DNA of 24,054 bases, from assembly GCA_031421955.1 (NCBI GenBank), contig JANOPR010000023.1, forward strand, positions 1-24,054. The letters run 5' to 3'. Below are positions 18,655 to 24,054 of this stretch, piece after piece. This DNA is from Burkholderiales bacterium (lineage in GTDB: Bacteria; Pseudomonadota; Gammaproteobacteria; Burkholderiales; Burkholderiaceae_C). The translations under genes were made by a program, and so were the position numbers. Numbering within the stretch: the stretch's first letter is position 1; each line of letters opens with the position of its first letter. The notes beneath the pieces were generated by a model. The model worked only from the letters and a program-made list of their open reading frames with translations, was not told where the DNA came from and did no database searches.

Positions 18655-20870
18655 AGACGACAGTCACGACCGCGCTGGCTGCACCGATCGTGCAGCTGGC
18701 CGACGATGCGCCTGCCGACCAGGGTGCCGCGGACTTGGTGCGTGCGCGGGCGTTTGCCGAGCCCTTGCTCGCGGGCCACCGCCTCGACACCGGCGAAGAC
18801 GCCTTGGCCCACGCCGATGGCGTGGCAGCCGTGTTGCAGGGCATCGGCGCCGCACCGGCGATGCAGGCCGCTGCCTACCTGGTCTACGCCGGCGACTGGC
18901 TGCAGCGTCCCGAAGAAGTCGTGGCCAAGGCCTTCGGCGAGAGCTACGCGAGCCTGGTCGGGCACACGCGCAAGCTGGTGCAGATCCAGCGCGCCGCGCG
19001 CCAGGCCCATCCGGTGGGCGACGCCGCGGCGCAGGCCGAGCAGACCGAGCGCGTGCGCAAGATGCTGCTGGCCTTTTCGCGCGACCTGCGCGTGGTGCTG
19101 CTGCGCCTGGCCTCGCGCCTGCAAACGCTGCGCTGGCATGCCGCGGCGCGCGTGGCCTGCCCGGAACAGGTGGCACGCGAGTCGCAGCTGGTCTTCGCGC
19201 CGCTGGCCAACCGGCTGGGCATCTGGCAGATCAAGTGGGAGCTCGAGGACCTGGCGTTTCGCTTCCTGCAGCCCGCCGAGTACAAGCGCGTGGCCGGCTG
19301 GCTCGACGAGACGCGCAGCGCGCGCGAGGCGGCAATCGATGTATTTCGTGGCACCCTGGCCGCGGACCTGCGGGCCCAGGGCATCCAGGCCGAAGTGCAG
19401 GGCCGTCCCAAGCACCTGTTCAGCATCTGGAAGAAGATGCAGGGCAAGCAACTTGACTTCGCCCAGGTGCTCGACCTGCGCGCGGCACGCGTGGTCGTGC
19501 AGGACGTGCCCGCCTGCTACGCCGTGCTGGCGCGCGTGCACGAGCGCTGGGACGCCGTGGCTGGCGAGTTCGACGACTACATCGCCAAGCCCAAGCCCAA
19601 TGGCTACCAGTCGCTGCACACCGTGGTCCGCACCGAGGGCGGCCAGGCGGTCGAGATCCAGATCCGCACCCGCGCGATGCACGAACATGCCGAGTTCGGC
19701 GTTGCGGCCCACTGGGCCTACAAGGAGGCGGGCGCCAAGGGCTATGCCGGCGTCAGCGCGGCCGGCAGCGACGACGAGCGCATTGCGCAGGCGCGCAAAG
19801 CCGTCTTGCGCCAGCTGCTGGCCTGGGAACGTGACTTCGCGCCTGCGCCAGCCGCGGGATCGTCGCCCGACGACCGCATCTATGTCTTCACGCCGCAGGC
19901 CACGGTCATCGAGTTGCCTGCCGGGGCCACCGCGATCGACTTCGCCTACATCCTGCACAGCGACCTCGGGCATCGCTGCCGCGGCGCGCGCGTCGACGGC
20001 GTGCAGACGCCACTGAACACGCCGCTGGCCAACGGCCAGACCGTCGAGATCACGGCCGTCAGGGAAGGCGGCCCGTCGCTGGATTGGCTGAACTCAGAAC
20101 TCGGCTACCTCGCAGCGCCGCGTTCACGCGCCAAGGTGCGGGCCTGGTTCAACGCGCGGGCCTTGGTGCAGACCATTGCCAAGGGTCGCGACCTGGTCGA
20201 GAAGCTGCTGCAGCGCGAAGGCAAGACGGCCACCAAGCACGACGACCTGGCGATCCGGCTGGGCTTCAAGAACGCTGACGCGCTGTTCGAAGTGGTCGGC
20301 AAGGACGAGTTTTCTCTGCGCACGATTGAGCAGCTGCTGCGCCCGGCGCCGCCGGCCGTGACCGAGGAACCCCCCCTGCTGCGGCGTTCACGCGTCGAGG
20401 ACGGCGTCAGCCGGGGCGGCGTGCTGGTGGTCGGTGTCGACTCGCTGATGACGACGCTGGCGCGCTGCTGCCGCCCCGCGCCGCCCGATGCCATCGACGG
20501 CTTCGTGACCCGTGGCAAGGGCGTGGCGATCCATCGACGCAACTGCAGCAACCTGCGCCACATGCGCGAGCGTTCGCCCGAGCGCGTGATCGACGTCGAG
20601 TGGGGTCGCGAACCCAAGGAGGGCGGCCTGTACCCGATCGACGTGCGGGTCGAGGCGGGTGATCGACCCGGCCTGCTGCGCGACATCACCGAAGTCTTTG
20701 CCAAGGAGAAGGTCAACGTCACCGGCGTCAACAGCCAGAACGTCAAGGGCAGCGGCGGCGCCGTGGCCTGGATGACCTTCACCGTCGAGGTCGGCAGCGC
20801 CGACCGGCTGGCCCAGGTGCTGGCGCAGGTGGCGCAGATCGGCGGCGTGCGTGCGGCGCGCCGAAAGTGA
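18651..20870 (+). CDS. relA: (p)ppGpp synthetase RelA (degenerate hydrolase domain, SYNTH, TGS, ZFD, ACT)
   Basis: GRPKHLFSIWKKM, EFDDY, KPNGYQSLHT, EIQIRT, AAHWAYKE, TGS (YVFTP...DFAYILHSDLG), CCRPAPPD...HRRNC and a C-terminal ACT. The hydrolase HD motif is absent. The start overlaps the hydrolase stop (ATGA). Confidence 0.93.
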   Translation: MKTTVTTALAAPIVQLADDAPADQGAADLVRARAFAEPLLAGHRLDTGEDALAHADGVAAVLQGIGAAPAMQAAAYLVYAGDWLQRPEEVVAKAFGESYASLVGHTRKLVQIQRAARQAHPVGDAAAQAEQTERVRKMLLAFSRDLRVVLLRLASRLQTLRWHAAARVACPEQVARESQLVFAPLANRLGIWQIKWELEDLAFRFLQPAEYKRVAGWLDETRSAREAAIDVFRGTLAADLRAQGIQAEVQGRPKHLFSIWKKMQGKQLDFAQVLDLRAARVVVQDVPACYAVLARVHERWDAVAGEFDDYIAKPKPNGYQSLHTVVRTEGGQAVEIQIRTRAMHEHAEFGVAAHWAYKEAGAKGYAGVSAAGSDDERIAQARKAVLRQLLAWERDFAPAPAAGSSPDDRIYVFTPQATVIELPAGATAIDFAYILHSDLGHRCRGARVDGVQTPLNTPLANGQTVEITAVREGGPSLDWLNSELGYLAAPRSRAKVRAWFNARALVQTIAKGRDLVEKLLQREGKTATKHDDLAIRLGFKNADALFEVVGKDEFSLRTIEQLLRPAPPAVTEEPPLLRRSRVEDGVSRGGVLVVGVDSLMTTLARCCRPAPPDAIDGFVTRGKGVAIHRRNCSNLRHMRERSPERVIDVEWGREPKEGGLYPIDVRVEAGDRPGLLRDITEVFAKEKVNVTGVNSQNVKGSGGAVAWMTFTVEVGSADRLAQVLAQVAQIGGVRAARRK

Positions 20871-20881
20871 CGAAAACCCGC

Positions 20882-20897
20882 TGCTACAATGCCGCCC
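20882..20897 (+). promoter_or_regulatory. Extended -10 promoter with a GC-rich discriminator for tRNA-Val
   Basis: TG-C-TACAAT followed by GCCGCCC, with the hexamer ending 11 nt before the mature tRNA. Confidence 0.6.
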
Positions 20898-20901
20898 TTC
20901 C

Positions 20902-20978
20902 AGGCGCGTAGCTCAGCTGGTTAGAGCACCACCTTGACATGGTGGGGGTCGTTGGTTCGAGTCCAATCGCGCCTACCA
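20902..20978 (+). tRNA. tRNA-Val(GAC)
   Basis: Acceptor stem AGGCGCG/CGCGCCT, D arm GCTC/GAGC, anticodon arm CCACC-TTGACAT-GGTGG (GAC at 20936-20938), T-loop GGTTCGAGTCC and encoded CCA. 77 nt. Confidence 0.98.
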
Positions 20979-20997
20979 AATTCGGTAGGGAATTCAG

Positions 20998-21031
20998 GCA
21001 CTTGGCGGCAACGCCAGGTGCTCTTTTTCTT
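20998..21031 (+). terminator. Rho-independent terminator after tRNA-Val
   Basis: GCACTTGGCG-GCAA-CGCCAGGTGC (10 bp with one G-U pair) followed by TCTTTTTCTT. Confidence 0.85.
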
Positions 21032-21049
21032 GCCCGGTCCGCGCCCGCC

Positions 21050-21091
21050 TTGACCTGTCGCAAGCGCCGGTGCGCAAGGTGCCCATAAGCT
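21050..21091 (+). promoter_or_regulatory. FNR/DNR-type box with a class II -10
   Basis: TTGAC-CTGT-CGCAA (21050-21063) against the consensus TTGAT-N4-ATCAA. TAAGCT at 21086-21091 fits -12..-7 if the box is centred at -41.5. Confidence 0.6.
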
Positions 21092-21135
21092 GCACAGAGC
21101 GCGCCACTGGGTTGCGCGCGACAGGGAGTCCTGCC

Positions 21136-21195
21136 ATGAGCCGCAGGACCGCTCCCAAGGCGAGTACCGCAGTGCGAAGCACGGAGGTTGACTGA
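21136..21195 (+). CDS. Possible 19-aa leader peptide MSRRTAPKASTAVRSTEVD
   Basis: SD AGGGAG lies 7 nt upstream, and its TGA overlaps the hemerythrin ATG (TGATG). No homology evidence. Confidence 0.25.
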   Translation: MSRRTAPKASTAVRSTEVD

Positions 21196-21761
21196 TGAGT
21201 ACGCACGATCCGAGCCTGGACCCGGCTGCGATGGACGCACCGCTGACCAACTTCTCGCAATGCCATGTCGGCATCACGCGTCAGTTGCAGATCCTGGCCG
21301 GACTGCCGGCGCTGCTGGAGCCCGCTGCACAGGCGCGGCGGATCGCGAGTGAAACGGTCGCCTTCTTTCGCGGCACCGTCCAGGAACACCATGCCGAGGA
21401 AGAGCGCGAGCTGTTTCCCGCCGTGCTGGCCAGCGCCAAGCGCGGGCCCGAACGCGAGCAGGTTCAGGTGCTCGTCGATCGGCTCGTCGCCGAGCACCGG
21501 CAGATCGAGGCCATGTGGTCGCGGCTGGAGCCGGCGTTGCGCGCGGTGGGCAAGGGTCAGGACGCCGACGTCGACGTTGCGGCCGTGCAGCGCCTCGTCG
21601 ACACCTACCTCGGCCACGCGCGCTACGAGGAGCAGGAGTTCCTGCCCCTGTCACAGACCCTGCTCAGCCGCGACAGCAACCACATGGCGGCGCTCGCGCT
21701 GTCCCTGCACATGCGGCATGCCGTGCCGGCGATGCTGGAGCGTTACGGCCACCGCATCTGA
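21195..21761 (+). CDS. Hemerythrin/HHE cation-binding domain protein
   Basis: Helical protein with H...HHAEEE...EH...HARYEE ligand spacing. SD GGAGG lies 7 nt upstream. Confidence 0.85.
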   Translation: MSTHDPSLDPAAMDAPLTNFSQCHVGITRQLQILAGLPALLEPAAQARRIASETVAFFRGTVQEHHAEEERELFPAVLASAKRGPEREQVQVLVDRLVAEHRQIEAMWSRLEPALRAVGKGQDADVDVAAVQRLVDTYLGHARYEEQEFLPLSQTLLSRDSNHMAALALSLHMRHAVPAMLERYGHRI

Positions 21762-21767
21762 TGACAG

Positions 21768-21825
21768 CCCCAAGCTCACTTCGTTCGCGCCCCCCGAGGG
21801 GAGCTCAGGCCGCTTGGGAGCGGCC
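21768..21825 (+). repeat. REP-like multi-hairpin element, copy C
   Basis: After the hemerythrin stop: CCCCAAGCTCAC-TTC-GTTCGCGCCCCCC-GA-GGGGAGCTCA-GGCCGCT-TGGG-AGCGGCC. Confidence 0.6.
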
Positions 21826-21876
21826 CGGCGCTGGCCTCTGACGCCACGCTGGCCGGCGTGCCAGGCGTGCGGCTCG

Positions 21877-22626
21877 TCAATCGCCCGGAATGTGCTGCGC
21901 GTGCAACTGCACCGGCTTCTTCGAGCGCTTGCGCATGCGGATATTGAGCATCTCCACTCCCAGCGAGAAGGCCATGCCGAAGTAGACGTAGCCCTTGGGC
22001 ACATGGTTGCCAAAGCCTTCGGCCACCAACACCACGCCGACCACGACCAGGAAGGCCAACGCCAGCATCTTGATCGTCGGGTGGTCGGAAACGAAGCGCC
22101 CGATCGCGCTGGCGAACAACATCATCAACGCCACCGACGCGACGACCGCTGCGACCATCACCGCCAGGTCGTCGACCATGCCGACCGCGGTGATGATCGA
22201 ATCGAGCGAGAACACCAGGTCGACGATCATGATCTGCAGGATCACGGCGGCAAAGGTGGCCCTGGCGGCGCCCGCGGCGTGCTCCTCCGCGCCCTCGAGC
22301 GACTGGTGGATCTCGACGGTGCTCTTCCAGATCAGGAACAGGCCGCCGAGGATCAGGATCAGGTCACGGCCCGAGATCGGGTGGTCCAAGACGCTGAATA
22401 GCGGCGCCACCAGGCCGACGATCCAGGCCAGCACCAGCAGCAGGCCGATGCGCATGAACATGGCCATGAACAGGCCGATGCGGCGCGCCAGCTCCCGCTT
22501 CTCGACTGGCAGCTTGTCGACCAGGATCGAGATGAAGATGATGTTGTCGATGCCCAGCACGAGTTCGAGTGCGGTCAGGGTGGCGAATGCGATCCAGGCC
22601 TGGGGGTTGGCGAGCAGTTCAATCAT
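21877..22626 (-). CDS. TerC family integral membrane protein (no CBS domains)
   Basis: LELVLGIDNIIFI, ILGGLFLIWKST, DLVFSLDSIITAVGM and PKGYVYF. SD GAGG. Confidence 0.9.
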   Translation of the reverse strand: MIELLANPQAWIAFATLTALELVLGIDNIIFISILVDKLPVEKRELARRIGLFMAMFMRIGLLLVLAWIVGLVAPLFSVLDHPISGRDLILILGGLFLIWKSTVEIHQSLEGAEEHAAGAARATFAAVILQIMIVDLVFSLDSIITAVGMVDDLAVMVAAVVASVALMMLFASAIGRFVSDHPTIKMLALAFLVVVGVVLVAEGFGNHVPKGYVYFGMAFSLGVEMLNIRMRKRSKKPVQLHAQHIPGD

Positions 22627-22694
22627 CGTTTCCTCGGTGTCTCGTGTTGGCGGCGGATGCGCCCGGCGCGCATCCTAGCCGCACTTCGTACCCG

Positions 22695-23747
22695 TTAGAG
22701 CGCGAGCGCCTGGCTCGCGGCCCAGGCGGTGATTGTGGCGGCGGCTTTTTCGCGCGCCATCTTGTCGAGGAACGAGTGCCGTGCGGCCTGCTGCCCCATG
22801 CGCAGCAGGTCGACCATGGCCAGTGGGGTCTGTTGCAGCAGGGCCGCAGCCTCGCCGCTGTGTGTGATGCGCGACATCAGGCGGTTGTCGGTTTGAAAAC
22901 TCAGCGACATTCCGGCACGCCACAACGCCGTGATCGGATGCGCCGCGATCGATGCGGCGGCACCGGTGTGCACGTTGCTGGTCGGGCAGACTTCGAGATG
23001 CACGCCGCGCTCGCGCACCTCGTCGATCAGGCTGCGACGCGCCGGGTCGTCCAACGCATCGACCAGGCGCACGCCATGGCCGATACGCCTCGCGCCCAGC
23101 CGGACGGCTTCGAGGACACGCTCCGCCGCGTCGGCCTCGCCGGCATGCAATGTCAGTGCCAGCCCCGCATCGCGACACAGCGCGAGTGCGCGGTCGTGCG
23201 CGGCGGGCGGGTGGCCGAGTTCCGCACCGGCCAGGTCAAAGCCGACCACGCCGCGGCCCTGGAATTGCAACGCAAGCCGGGCCGCGCGGACCGTTTCGGC
23301 CTCCGGCAAGTGCCGCATGGCGCAGACGATCAAACCCGAGGGCAGAGGGCTGCGGGCCAGGCCGGCCAGCAGCGCTTGGACTGCCGCCTCGCCGCTCACG
23401 CCATGGGCTTCGAACAGCAGCGGCGCGATGCGGAACTCGGCCAGCACGCAGCCGTCTGCGCGCGCGTCCTCTGCGGCTTCGAAAGCCACCCGCTCCATTG
23501 CCGCCGGACTGGCCATGGCCTGCACGGTCAGGGCAAAGCCCTGCAGGTACTCCGTCAGACTGCCGGCATGGGCGCGGGCATCGAACCAGACCGCCAGACC
23601 GTCGCTGTCGGCAGCGGGCGCAGCCATGGCGCGGTCGCGCATCAGATCGAACAGGGTGGCCACGCGCAGGCTGCCGTCGAGGTGTTCATGCAGCAGCACC
23701 TTGGGCATGTCGCGGGCCAGACCCGCCGGCGAAACGCTACTTTGCAT
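22695..23747 (-). CDS. add: Adenosine deaminase (amidohydrolase family)
   Basis: LLHEHLDG, GFDLAGAE, TLHAGE, RIGHG, EVCPTSN and TDNRLMS metal and catalytic motifs. Exact substrate is not proven. Confidence 0.82.
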   Translation of the reverse strand: MQSSVSPAGLARDMPKVLLHEHLDGSLRVATLFDLMRDRAMAAPAADSDGLAVWFDARAHAGSLTEYLQGFALTVQAMASPAAMERVAFEAAEDARADGCVLAEFRIAPLLFEAHGVSGEAAVQALLAGLARSPLPSGLIVCAMRHLPEAETVRAARLALQFQGRGVVGFDLAGAELGHPPAAHDRALALCRDAGLALTLHAGEADAAERVLEAVRLGARRIGHGVRLVDALDDPARRSLIDEVRERGVHLEVCPTSNVHTGAAASIAAHPITALWRAGMSLSFQTDNRLMSRITHSGEAAALLQQTPLAMVDLLRMGQQAARHSFLDKMAREKAAATITAWAASQALAL

Positions 23748-23792
23748 GCCGGCATCGTAGTGCAGCCCCTAGGCCCGAACCCGCCCGGCTGT

Positions 23793-23801
23793 TGCTATCC
23801 T
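23793..23801 (+). promoter_or_regulatory. Candidate extended -10 for the BMP-family gene
   Basis: TG-C-TATCCT ends 43 nt before the ATG. SD AAGGA at 23831-23835. Confidence 0.4.
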
Positions 23802-23844
23802 GCGGCACCCATCAATTACCCCCATTGGGGAAGGACGCCTCGCC

Positions 23845-24054
23845 ATGAAGTTCACCAAGCTCTGCATCGCCGTCGCCGCCACTGCGGCGTGCTCGCTGGC
23901 CGCGGCGCAATCGCAGCCCGCTGTCATCTTCGACATGGGCGGCAAGTTCGACAAGTCTTTCAACGAAGCGGCCTACAGCGGCGCCGAGCGCTGGAAGAAG
24001 GAAAGCAACAAGCCCTACCTCGAGTTCGAGATCGCCAATGCGGCCCAGCGCGAG
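23845..24054 (+). CDS. BMP family ABC transporter substrate-binding protein, 3'-truncated
   Basis: Signal peptide MKFTKLCIAVAATAACSLAAA, then PAVIFDMGGKFDKSFNEAAYSG, the typical BMP N-terminus. Confidence 0.87.
   Translation, partial: MKFTKLCIAVAATAACSLAAAQSQPAVIFDMGGKFDKSFNEAAYSGAERWKKESNKPYLEFEIANAAQRE

Noticed and set aside
22627-22694. yybP-ykoY (Mn) riboswitch upstream of the TerC-family gene
   Set aside because: The gap is only 68 nt, and I could not identify the conserved four-way junction elements.
23748-23844. Purine riboswitch between add and the BMP gene
   Set aside because: No three-stem purine aptamer is recognisable. There is only a small CCCC-ATT-GGGG hairpin next to the SD.
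20902-24054. Genomic island integrated at tRNA-Val
   Set aside because: There is no integrase, no duplicated tRNA 3' end in the window, and no obvious compositional shift downstream.

Overview
High-GC betaproteobacterial chromosome segment. Gene order and motifs suggest Burkholderiales (inference). It is mostly housekeeping genes: 5'-truncated hrpA, a Sel1+SLT lytic transglycosylase, serB, mfd, ispD, ispF, an OmpR/EnvZ-like (RisAS-type) two-component pair, a SIMPL protein, 3-hydroxybutyrate dehydrogenase, an alpha/beta hydrolase coupled to relA, tRNA-Val(GAC), a hemerythrin-domain protein, a TerC-family protein, adenosine deaminase and the start of a BMP-family binding protein. The main anomaly is that the usual ispD-ispF pair is split by about 4.7 kb. 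IspD runs in frame, with no stop, into a VOC (glyoxalase/bleomycin-resistance) domain. It is followed by a translationally coupled four-gene MacAB/FtsX-type exporter (adaptor, ATPase, two permeases), and ispF comes last with its own candidate -10. Non-coding signals: a 14-bp palindrome carrying back-to-back -10 hexamers for mfd and ispD, three copies of a REP-like multi-hairpin repeat just after stop codons, an 11-bp inverted repeat between ompR and SIMPL, and an FNR-type class II promoter before the hemerythrin gene. No integrase, transposase or CRISPR array is visible. All calls come from motif recognition by eye; no searches were run.
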